DNA of 64,000 nucleotides, taken from the human T2T-CHM13v2.0 reference genome, Homo sapiens. Each line of letters begins with the position of its first letter. The stretch's first letter is position 1. Positions 33,089 through 46,037 of the stretch are shown here, piece by piece. The notes under the pieces were generated by a model. The model saw only the letters and a list, made by a program, of their open reading frames with translations, was not told the DNA's origin and did not search any database. The stretch lies in assembly GCF_009914755.1 (NCBI RefSeq), contig NC_060934.1; one strand, 5' to 3'. The position numbers and the translations under genes were made by a program.

Positions 33089-34458
33089 AAGGCATCTTTT
33101 GAAAAAGAAGTATCAGACTGTGGAGGGCAACATTCTACAAGTGCTTAGAACCCAAGACCTGAGGAAAGCATATCTCTTTGGCATGTCTCCCAAGCTACAG
33201 ATCTTCAAAGGCCCCACTGGGCTACACCTGCATCCCTGAGGGACCTGAGCCTTCCCAGGGCACCAAGAGATGGATGTGCAAAGTCAGCATAAATGACAGC
33301 AAGACCCTAGCCCCAGATGAACCACCCATCACAGCCAGCCCTCCACGTGGGCAGCCCGGGCTCCACCCAGGACTTCACTCAGCCCCCATTTAAGGTCCAA
33401 GACCCAAGTAGTTTGTGCATTGTTTAGGTTCTTCAAAGGCTTGATGCAACCCTTCCGGCTCAAACCTAAAGCAGTGGAATTACTACAAAAGGGAAGTTGG
33501 CCATAAGGGTGTGGGGCAGATCTGGGCCCCAACGGGGGATCCACCATCACTGGATGCATGACTTTGAATAATTTACTCAATTTCTCTTAGACTCTTTTCT
33601 AGCCAATCAAAGGGTGCCAGGTTGCTAATGATATTTTGCTTATAAGGGGTGTTCTAAGGACTAAAGGACAGACATATGCAAATAAAATATAACCAACCCA
33701 GGTACACACCAACCAATTAATATTAGCTCTTGTTTTATTATAAACATACTAAATTATTACATATATCTTTTTAATCTGCTGGTTATTGATTATTCATACC
33801 CATGACTTCTAGATTGAAACTTCCAATGAGCTTTCGCAGAACAGCCAGTAGAATGGAGACCAAGATACAAGCCAAGCAGTGGCCGGACCTGCTGCTTCAT
33901 CACTAACGTGCCTCTCAGTCAACATCCGCCCACGCACAAGGATGATCATCACACCAAGAGCAAAACCAACATGCACGGAACTCAGGCAAACAAGGCCGAG
34001 TCCAGCTTTACCTTATATGGCAACGTCCCAGCCTCACCCCGCTTATAATAAAGAATAACTCATCTGTTTGTCCACTTTTATCACTAGATTTTTTCTCAAA
34101 CAAAATGTCACCTTCCTTATTTTATACATACTCACATGGAAATACAAACACAAAAATATTGTACGCTCAGCACGTTGGGAGGCTGAGCATAAAACTGTGT
34201 TCTTGTGTTCTCTTCCTTCGTTATAGATGTAGTCATCATTCTTCAAAGGCTACACCCTTTTTAAAAGTGGCCCTCTTGCATGTCTAGGGTCACTGAGACG
34301 AAAACAAGATATACAAGCCAAATGAACTAAAATCTGGACTCATTTTATGCTTTACAAAGACCTTTCATTCACCCTGTTTTGTTCCTCCTAACTATGCTAA
34401 CAGGTGCTTCTTCGTCATTAACTCTTGACCAAGTTCACGGAAAAAAATTAGAAACAGC

Positions 34459-34718
34459 GGCCAGGTGCGGTGGCTCACACCTGCAATCCCAGCACTTTGG
34501 GAGGCCAAGGCGGGTGGATCACAAGGTCAGGAGTTCAAGATCAGCCTGGCCAATATGGTGAAACCCCCCCCCCATCTCCACTAGAAATAGAAAAATGAGC
34601 CAGGTGTGGTGGCAGCTATCTGTGATCCCAGCTACTCGGGAGGCTGAGCCGAAATCGTGCCACTGCACTCTAGCCTGGGCGACAGAGCGAGACACTGTCT
34701 CAGAAAAAAAAAAAAAAA
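34459..34718 (+). mobile_element. Alu (AluSg-like) with right-arm internal deletion
   Basis: ggaggctgag is joined directly to ccgaaatcgtgcc. TSD tagaaacagc. Confidence 0.88.
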
Positions 34719-36262
34719 CTAGAAACAGCCTCAAGCCCCCAGGTGTTCAGAGCCCAATCTCACATGGAGTCTTTCCAGTAGATTCTCTGATTCTCCAAAG
34801 CTTTTGCAAACAGATAAATCAGTAATTTAAAATGCAGGCATGATGGAGATAATATGAAAATGACTCACATAAGTTTCAAGATTAGGACAAAATATACAAC
34901 TGTACCCCATAAATATGCATTTCCTATCCCATTACAAAAGAAGAACAATTATTATAATCCAGCGATAAATGGTCCTGTGCCTAACACAGACGTCTATATC
35001 CACTACGGGAAGAAAGCTCTATTTTCCACAGGGTTGTTTCTAACATGCGTATAATCCAAGTTAACAGTTAAGTGAAAATTTTTAAAATATGCAAGCACCC
35101 TATGAAGTCACTGCACAATGCTGAAATTTAAACGGTCAAAGTCATAGCAAGGGAGCTCTAGGGACGGCTCTGACATTTACATCTTGCGAGCCTCAAGTTC
35201 CCAGAGGTCCTATAGCTTTCCTTTATATGTGTCTGCACAAGACTCAAGCAATCTTTTATGAGCCACAGACTACCTAAATGAATTGCTCTCCATGGTAGAC
35301 GTATCTATAAAGCCATAAACGTATACAGACCACTTTAGGTTAAAAAGTAGAAAAGAAACGTTCTCAAGAATCTTGCTAATTTTATAAGAAAAACTATATC
35401 AGTTAACATTTAGCTCTCAAAGCTCTAATATTCAAATGTACCATAAACCTATTACAATAAATATTGCTATAAAATAAAAACTAAGTATAACCAATTTACA
35501 ATTCCTAGACCATGGAGTTACCTTAACCACTGATTAATTCAGTTAAATTCTGGTAAATAAAAGTTGCCTTGCAAGTCCTTAGAATTCACTGCAATGGAAG
35601 CTAATTGGCATTGCTCAGTGTGACCATTTAAACTTCTAACTAGAAATTTTAAAACTATAAACTTTATTCTGCAGCACGTCTCTCTTCCAAGACTCCAACT
35701 CAGCACTCTCAGCTGTAAGCCAAATCCTTGTCTATGATCATTATCTTATTCTTCAAATTGAAGGACCAATCCACACATGAAACATCAGGAAACTCAAAAC
35801 CTGCCCTGCGCCCAACTACGGCATCAAAGATGAACGCTACGACAGGAAAGAAATGATCAGGGAGAAAAACACTCTGCAATTTCAGGTGGAGGAAGGTTTA
35901 CACACAACTTGGTAATCATCGCTCATGCTTTCAACTCATTAAGGCAAACTCCTAGAAAGTCATAAGAAACAAAAAAAAAAAAAAGAAAGAAACTTCTACC
36001 ACATTCTCATGAACATTTTTTCAAGGTTTTACTTAGTTATAATATTATATAAGCATTCCACTACACCTTTTAAAAATCCAAGTTCCATTCCACTAATACC
36101 TCACTTTGGAGAAGTGCCCACATCACAGTGAAGGAAGGAATCATGAACTTGGGTTTCAGAACTCAAGTTCTGAGTTTGAGTTACACACACATATGCTTCT
36201 TGAGGACATTTAAAGATGGACCCAAATCCCACAAATGCTTTATTAGGATTATAAAGCTGCCG

Positions 36263-36568
<306 letters not shown>

Positions 36569-38443
36569 CTATCTACAAATTGAGTCCCATATAAAGGCAG
36601 AAGATTAGCATCACTTTTTCAGAATTTGGGAAAATACCACTAATGTTGGATTTCAAGCCCCATCAAGTGCACATCCACATAGAGTCCAAAGCCGGGTCAC
36701 CTCTCAGGGACGTGACCTGTGTAGACCGGGCTGTGAGTATAAAGCCCTTGGTCAGGGCTGCCCATGCAGGCAGATGATGAACAAGGAGACCCATGCTGGG
36801 GTCAGGAGGACAAGCACTGTCAGCCTAGGCTCCTCAATGCCTTCCCACATCACAGGAGAACAGACAGGTCTGCTGAGACCAGCTGCCCCAGGCCTACCCA
36901 TTCTCTGAGAGATGGGGAGAGTAATTACAATGAAGAGAAAGGCCATTTTCACTCACACTCTAGCCCACAGGAAGGGAGTTTGAGTCCCATCCCTATGTGC
37001 TAGCATTTAAACACACAGGGTATTTCATTTTTTGTTGTCTTTCTGGGCAATTTTCTGAACTTACTTCCAATCAATGCTTCTTTGAATTCATTCCATGGGT
37101 CACAGTTTTCGTTTGCAATGTTTCTTTCTTGCTTTTGGTAGTTCCTTCCTTCTAAAACGTTTTCTTTAACAAGATGACCTTTTCAAAACCTCTCATTACG
37201 GAATAGGGTTCTCCTCCCCTATTCCCCGGGTCCTCTCTGATTCCTGGGGGCTGTTTTGTTGTTTCTTCATCTCATCCTGCCCTCTTTGATCAGAAGCTTT
37301 CCTGGAATATCTGGCCAACAATGCTCATGCATCATACTTAAATATGAAACAACAGAAACCTTGGAGAGGCTGGTGTCCTGGGCAGACGGGTCTGACTCAG
37401 AGAGTGGGCATGGGAGTAATTCCCCTTCTAAGAAGCCGCCTTCCAAACTAGCAACAGGGGTTCTCCCCAGACAATTCAGTCCATTTCTTCAGAGATGAGG
37501 CAGAGGGATAAATATATGGTTTCTAGTCCTTGGTTGTACCCACGGCAGGGGTGGAAGAAGGAGAGAATCCGTGAAGTGATCTGACTATAGGCATCCCATG
37601 GAACCCTGTGATTTTCAGCCCCACGTGGGACTCCTACCCACCCAGCATTCAGTCTCCAAGGTGAGCCTCCCCAGCTGCAGCCCCCACACTAATTTAGTAG
37701 TCACATAGCCTTATCAGCTTGCAGGCTGCCAGAAACATTGTAAAATCCCTTTTCCATGCTGGTGGCCTTTAAGTTCTTTGTGTTGTTGATATATGTACTT
37801 TTTATTTTTCCCTACCATTTTAATGGGGTCTCTGGAGGAAAAAGAGATAAATAAGAGTGCTTAATCCACTGAAACTCCTCCCAGCTCACAAGAGAACCGA
37901 GCCTTCTCAACCAGATGTCAGGTAGCAGCCTTTGACTTCTCAGGGGAAGCCTTTTTTAACACTGACTTTGCTAAAGAAAAAAGGAGGCAACAGTACACCT
38001 TGAATGATAAATGGAAGCACCTGCTCTTACTATTAAGAAAAAAAGATGACAGAGTTCTTTCCCTTGGAGATTTGTAAAGGAGAACCTACATTAATTTTTC
38101 ATATAAGGTTCAAATTAGATTGTTCCTACAAACAAAAAGATAGATCATAAAATGATTCAACAGGATTGACAAGTTCCTAGTGCTACCTACTACTGAGGTT
38201 CAAACACATAGATAAAAGTATTGCTGTCTTTAATAATGAATGTAACCCAGATGAAGATATAACTTGTAAAGAATGTCAGAAAAATTACACTTACACACAC
38301 ACACAACCCTTAGTACCTGTCATATAAAGATTGTTGGAGGACAAGTTTCATTTCAACCTTTCAAAGACTCTTTCAGTTGTAAAAATACACTTCTATGATT
38401 AAGAAAAGAAATAGTATCATTTTGTTGTAAAGAATAAGATTTA

Positions 38444-39107
<664 letters not shown>

Positions 39108-39399
39108 AAAGTATTTTTTTTTAATGTGAAGGTAAAGCTAATGGGATTCGCTGATGGGCTACAAGAGAAGTAGAACACAGAAATGTCCCTGAGGCTTTCT
39201 GGCCCAAGCACTTGAAGAATGGAGTTGCCCTTTACTGAGATGAGGCAGATTCAAGGGATGCAAATACCAAGGGCAAGCTCCACTGGCCCTCATAGTCGTT
39301 AAGATCATTAAGATGACTATGAGATACTGCATCACAGCTAGACTGCATAATAAAGAGACCCAAAAACACAGCCACAGAGGTGCAAGCACAGTCAAAGTT

Positions 39400-39451
39400 C
39401 CTCTCTCTTTCTCTTTCTCTCTCTCTCTTTCTCTCCCTCTCTCTCTCTCTC
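39400..39451. repeat. (CT)n-rich simple repeat
   Basis: ctctctctttctctttctctctctctc... tract. Confidence 0.9.
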
Positions 39452-40272
39452 ATCCAAGGCAGGTGATATAGGGTGACACAGAGCTCTGCTTCCCAAGATA
39501 TGTTAGGAACCCAGGGTCTTTCAATCCTGTCACTCTGCTCTAAGTGAGGGCAGGGAAACAGATGGTTCAGCACATCCCAGCCCATGGAAAGAGGGAAAGA
39601 ACGTAAGCAAAGATGAACAATTTCCATCTCATCAGTTACGCTGATGTGTATCAGTGATGTATATCACAGACATCACTTCCTCGCTGGACATGGCCACATC
39701 TCATAGTACAATAGGAGGTACGTCCCAAAGGGACCCCAGGAGTCCTCTGGAGCAGTGAGCTAGGACAGAGCCCAGCTGGAGGTACTGAACCCACATTCAT
39801 TCAGGTTCCCCATGAAATATGTACTTCCCCACTGCTAGGGTGGGGGAAGGTACTGTAATTACTGCTTATCCCCTAATATCATGGCTGTTTTCTATGCTTA
39901 CAAGAAAGGAAACCCACAAAATGGAAGGATCCTTCCAATAAAAAGCACGCCAACTCACCCAGTGCATCTGTATGGGATAAAAGGATGAGACGTAAACCCT
40001 TGGTCCATGTACATCTCACCTTCCTCCAGTGAAACCTCATCCTAAACCTGTAATATATGATGTTGTAGAATTTATCTCTGACCCTAGCATGTAACAGTAG
40101 GACTGGGCAGAACCCACCTTGCATTGTACAAGTATCTAGACTCTATCTGGACAGCCATGTGCCCAGCTACATCTATTTCCAAGTAATACAAATATTTCAA
40201 GAAGGAAGGAATAATCAATCTTGTCAAATGCTGCTGATAGGACAAGTGAGGTGAAATCTGACATGAGACTCC

Positions 40273-40391
40273 TAATTTTTCTAACACTGTTACTATAAAA
40301 TTAATTCTGATGGTTAATTTTTGTAACACTGTTACTCTAAAATTAATTCTGATGGTTAATTTTTGTAATATTGTTACTCTAAAATTAATTC
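40273..40391. repeat. 42-bp AT-rich minisatellite, ~2.8 copies
   Basis: Unit taatttttgtaacactgttactctaaaattaattctgatggt starts at 40273, 40315 and 40357. Confidence 0.92.
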
Positions 40392-40674
40392 CTAGGTGCA
40401 GAACAGCAAAGGACTTCCTAGTTATTGGCAAACTGCTCTCCAAAGTCATTCTTACAACCTCATCATCCCCAGTGCTCTCCGTCCTTGGGAGTATTTTATA
40501 TAATCAGACTTCTTAAATTTTCACTAATCTGAAGCATATGAAACTGTCTTTTTCCTTTGCTTTTTTGTTTTACTCATCATCAGTGCTGTTTAGTATCATT
40601 ACACTATGACAATTCAGGTTTCCCTTCTGGGAACTCCCTATTCACATCCCCTGTATACATTTCTCTATAGACTC

Positions 40675-40994
<320 letters not shown>

Positions 40995-42368
40995 CTACGG
41001 TATTCGTCTGGCTGTCCACTCCAGGAGACTGGGACCACCCATGCCCACTGTGTCCAAAACCACACACCCAACACCTCCAACAACTGGCCAACAAATAATA
41101 GGTTACACCTCCAACAACTTGTAGGCCACAGACGAACTTGTGTCACAGGAAGGAAAGACTGGCAGACTTAGACGGCTTTAGGAATTGTGTCTGTTTCACT
41201 AATCTTTTGATGACATACAACTTGCTGAATTCAGATTAAGAGCGACTGTTACCATAATATTCATTGCACAGACCTTTCACTAAAATACAACTAACAGCAC
41301 ACCACAAGCATTCACAAATGTACTGCCATTTCTTTTTATTTTTTATTTTTTTGTATTTGCATAGTTTGTAACTGCTTACATAAGTGAATTATCACTTTCA
41401 GTGTTCGTTTCAGCATGTGTAACCTAGAAAGCCAGGTATCAGTCCATTTAAGTGTTTTGGCACTTAGTATCTTGTGTGGTAAAGACACTCAGTTAATATT
41501 TTTCTGGAGTTCTCTGCTGTATGATTAGCCCCTTAGGTAACACCAATACTGTTCATTTCAGACAAGGGAAACACTCAGAGATGAAAGAAAATTCAGGTAC
41601 TACACAACAGGACTTTAATCCCAAAAGACCTAACGCTTTCTCTGAAGTTCCCAAGAAGATCTTAGCACTAGAAACAACCAGGATTTGCTAAAGAAATGCC
41701 ACAGAGATGGAAACCATTTACGACTTTCTCAAAGCACACAACTCACACCACTCTGCAAGGTATCTTTAAAAGTCTACAAGATAAATAACCTCTAAAACTA
41801 TCAGATGAAATTTAACACCTTGTCACTGTTCACTGGCTAAAGAATTTTACCCAATAAAATATGGAATCTCTCATTCTTGCCCATTTTCTCCAGTCCTTCT
41901 CTAGCTGCCAATAGCTCACTTTCACAGATGTTACTGCTCCTGCTTTAAACATTTTCCTGCTTTTAAAGAATTACCTTCCAAAGAGTCAGCCACTTTTCTT
42001 CCATTCTCCACTAAAAAGAAAAAAAACTAATTCTTACAGTTCTTTTTATTAGCTCCCTCTGCAGAAAAACTGTCAAGACTGAATTGACATATCACACAGG
42101 TCCAGGGCTCTAAGTTCAATGGAATAAGACACTTGCTTGTTAAAGATTTTATTCTCCTAGGTCTCACTCTATTTTTCATACTTGACTTGCTTCTTCCTGT
42201 AAAGTTACTTTCTTTCCTGAAGCAAAAGAACTTCCATTCAAATTTTTCCCAATATTCCCGTTAGGTCTATGAGAAAGAGACAAACTTGCAGAAAGTTTAC
42301 ATTAACATGCCCTTAGGTATCTGACAAAATGAGTTGGCCTCTTGTTCAACAGTATTTAGGTTGCTGTC

Positions 42369-42804
42369 TGTGATGGTTAATTTTATGTCACCTTGCCTGG
42401 GCCACAGTGCCCAGATATGTGGTTGAATGCGACTCCGGATTTTTCTGGAAGGGTGATTTTGGGTGAGATTAACATTTTAATTGCTGGGCTTTGAGTAAAG
42501 CAGGCCGTCCTCCCTGACGTGGGTGGGCCTCACCCAATCAGTTGAAGGCCTGGCTACAACAAAAGACTGACCTCCCCTGAGCAAGAGGGAATCCTCCAGC
42601 AGGCGGCCTGCAGGTTCCATCACAGCAGCGGCTCTTCCTGGGTCTAAAGCAGACGGCCTTGGACTGGAACTGCAACTCTTCCCTGAGTCCCCTGCCTGCT
42701 GGCCTGCCCAGTCAGAGCTCAGACTCACCACACCTCCACAGTCATGAGAGTATCTATATATACACACATTCTATTGGTTCTACTTCTTTGGAGAATCCTA
42801 ACAC
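42369..42804 (+). mobile_element. ERVL solo LTR, MLT2-family
   Basis: tgtgatggttaattttatg...gtgcccagatat...gagtaaagcag...caatcagttgaaggcc...tctattggttct...ggagaatcctaac. Confidence 0.8.
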
Positions 42805-42989
42805 ATTGCCCTACCGTTACTTTTCTAAAGGTTCAGCAGGCAAAAAGAATAAAAACACTCCTAGAAAAGGGAAAACAGCAATGAATCAGTCATCAGACAG
42901 CTCTTGCAGGCCATGCCTTTGAGAGTGCACAGAAGGAAGACTGAGCTGGCCTTGCACTCACTGAGAAAGCTGCAAAACACAGGAAATGG

Positions 42990-43008
42990 CAGGCTCCAGA
43001 TGGCACTA
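42990..43008 (+). promoter_or_regulatory. Candidate CTCF site
   Basis: caggctccagatggcacta resembles the CTCF core CCASYAGRKGGCRSYA. Motif match only. Confidence 0.3.
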
Positions 43009-44296
43009 CCTGGGTTGGAGTCCCAGCTACAACCACATTGGCTGTGTGACATCAGAAAAGCTGCCTAACCTCTCCAGGTGTGTTTCCTCACTTGTAAAAC
43101 AAGCCTACTAGCTGGACCACCTGGTAGGGCCTCCTGAACACTAAGTGAAATAACCATGCACAAGAAGGTTCTCAGCACAGGGCTGGGCAGGGGCTCAGAG
43201 CTAAATAAAGGAAAAGAGGGAGAGAGAAAAGGAGGGAAAGGGCGAATGGGAGGGGGAGGAGAAGCAGGAGGAGGATGAGGAGGCCATCACGGGTGGGGGT
43301 AAAATGACCCCAACCACTCTGATGAGCTACTGCAGAGAAACAAGGCAATTTAAAAAACTAGTTGGAGAGATTTTCCTTAATGCTACATTTTAAAATTTTG
43401 AAACAAAAGCTAAACAGTTATCAAAGTCATGTAATTGCTTCAAATAGGAAGAGAAAACTGAATTCAGTGTTAAATTATAAATTCGCTATAAATTTTCACT
43501 TCACGACGACACACACATTCAGCACACGCAAGAGTGTGACCTGGGTGAAAATGTGGCCTCAACACCTGTATACCTGAGGATAGTATCTGCAATCCGTGTC
43601 TGCCTCCCACGCCCTCCCTGTTATCAGCACCCCCACCACCTCCACAGTGGGAGCACCACGGGCTGATGCACATTCTCCACTCAGGGGGCTCTCACTTTTG
43701 CCCAAAGGCAGAATCCACCATCACTGGGGCTCGCAGGTGAGGCCTGGAGGTGGTCGTGCTGCTGTTGGCTGCTCGCCCAGCACCCAGAGGCCCTCGCAGC
43801 TTGTCCTTCACCAATGAGTGCTAGATTTTTGGATCAGAAAATAATTGGAATTCCAAGCAACTGGAGAGATCCTGTCTCTTGGGATTCCCCTAACAGCCAG
43901 CCTCTGCAGGGTATGTCCAGGGAGCAGAAGAATGGTCAACACACTCTGTACTTGCAGCTTCTCCTTCGAGTCTCGCTCCAAACCCTGACCATGACGTCCA
44001 CTCACTGTACTGAGCACCCCCTAGACAGACTGAGACCTCCACCCTGTGCACGTGATCTAGTCCAACTGATGCTCAGACTCTCCATCCTGGGTCACCACAT
44101 GTGAACTGCTGGAATGTCACTTACCCAAAAGCCCAACAGCCAGGCCAGTTCCCTAGCTCCGGACAGGCCTATTCCTGAAGTCTCAGTCTGACCAGTTATT
44201 GCCTCCTCTAAACCAAAGGTTCTTAACTCATCAACAGGTCTGGGATGGACACCCCAGGGATTATGAGCCCATACAATGAAATACAAGGCTGTGAAA

Positions 44297-44514
44297 TATG
44301 TGTGAGTGTGTATGCATATGTCTGTATGTGCGTCTATGTGCATGCATGTGTATGTATATGTGTGTATGTATGTGCGTATGTGCATGTGTATACGTGTACT
44401 TGCATATGTGTGTGCATATGTGCGTATGTATGTGTGTATGTATGTATGTGTATATGTGTGTGTGCATATGTGTGTGTTCGTGTGTGTGTGTGTATATGTG
44501 TGTCTGTGTGTGTG
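44297..44514. repeat. Degenerate alternating purine-pyrimidine (TG/TA/CA)n repeat
   Basis: About 220 nt of tgtgtatgcatatgt... sequence. Confidence 0.92.
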
Positions 44515-44636
44515 GGTCTAAGACCTCTTCCAAGAAGCTTCATTGGATTCATCAAATTCTCAAAGAGCACCATGACCCTGAAAGGATTACGAACAACTAC
44601 TGCATAGAAAATATTATTACATTAAAATGTAGCTTT

Positions 44637-44778
44637 GGGCTGCTCATGGTGGCTCACATCTGTAACCCCAGCACTTTGGGAGGCCAAGGCGGGTGGATTA
44701 CCTGAGTTCAAGAATTCGAAAGCAGCCTGGCCAACATGGCGAAACCCCATCTCTACTACAAAATACAAAAATTAGCCC
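44637..44778 (+). mobile_element. Alu left monomer plus linker only, fused to L1
   Basis: Ends at aaatacaaaaattagcc. The right arm is absent. Confidence 0.85.
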
Positions 44779-46037
44779 AAATCAACAGAATATACATTCT
44801 TCTCAGTGCCACATGACACTTATTCTAAAACCATAAAAACCCCGGAAGAAAACCTAGGCAATACTATTCAAGACACAGGTATGGGCAAGGACTTCATGAC
44901 AAAAAAGCCAAAAGCAATTGCAACGAAAGCCAAAATTGACAAATAGGTTCTAATTAAACTAAAGAGCTTCTGCACAGCAAAATAAACTATCATAAGAGTA
45001 AAGAGGCAACCTACAAAATGGGAGAAAATTTTTGCAATCTACCCGTCTGACAAAGGGCTAATATCCAGAATTTATAAGGAACGTAAACATATTTACAAGA
45101 AAAAAACAACCCCATCAAAAAGTTGGCAAAGGATATGAACAGACACTTCTCAAAAGCAGACATTTACGTGGCCAACAAAGATATTTAAAAAAGCTCAACA
45201 TCGCTGATCATCAGAGAAATGCAAATCAAAACCATAATGAGATACCATCTCATGCCAGTCAGAATGGTGATTATTAAAAAGTCAGGAAACAATAGATGCT
45301 GGCGAGGCTGTGGAGAAACAGGAACGCTTTTACGCTGTTGGTGGGAGTGTAAATTAGTTCAACCATTGTGGAAGACAGTATGGCGATTCCTCAAAGATCT
45401 AGAACCAGAAATATCATTTGACCCAGCAATCCCATTTATTTATATATTAAACATATGTGTGCATGTGTCTTTATAGTAAAATGATTTATATACCCAAAGG
45501 AATATAAATCATTCTACTAAGGAATATAAATCATTCTACTTTAAAGACACATGCACACATATGTTTATTGCAGCAGTATTTACTATAGCGAAGACATGGA
45601 GCCAACCCAAATACCCATCAATGGTAGACTCAATAAGGAAAATGTGGCACATATACACCATGCAGCCATAAAAAGGAATGAATACTATGCAGCCATGAAA
45701 AGGAATAAGATCATATCCTTTGCAGGGACATGGATGAAGCTGGAAGTCATCATCCTCAGAAAACTAACACAGAAACAGAAAACCAAACATCACATGTTCT
45801 CACTCGTAAGTGGGAGTTGAAGATTGAGAACACATGGACACAGAGAGGAGAACATCACACACCAGGGCCTGCTGGGGGATGGGGAGTGGAGGGGGAACGG
45901 AGGAAACTTAAGAGGACAGGTCAACAGGTACAGCAAACCACCATGGCACACATAACCTATGTAACAAACCTGCACGTTCTGCACATGTATCCAGCTTTTT
46001 TTTTTTTTAAGAAATAAAGAACAAATAAAAATTAAAA
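44779..46037 (+). mobile_element. Older L1PA (L1PA10-13-like) 3' fragment with a large internal deletion
   Basis: Translates [17 protein letters not shown] (EN domain) then [15 protein letters not shown] (post-RT region), followed by the ORF2 C-terminus and an L1PA 3'UTR with A-rich tail. Confidence 0.88.

Noticed and set aside
40273-40391. CRISPR-like array
   Set aside because: Direct tandem units without unique spacers, in a eukaryotic intron.
44297-44514. Human counterpart of the rodent Sfmbt2 miRNA cluster
   Set aside because: The rodent cluster is a tandem array in a later intron and is rodent-specific. This is a single simple repeat with no repeated cassette.
44245-44705. Cys/Val-rich and His/Thr-rich ORFs
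   Set aside because: Translations of the (TG/TA)n simple repeat.
45219-45820. L1 ORF2-like ORFs (also 19572-19844) as an active retrotransposon
   Set aside because: Short 3' fragments with stops, deletions and inversions. No ORF1, promoter or RT domain.
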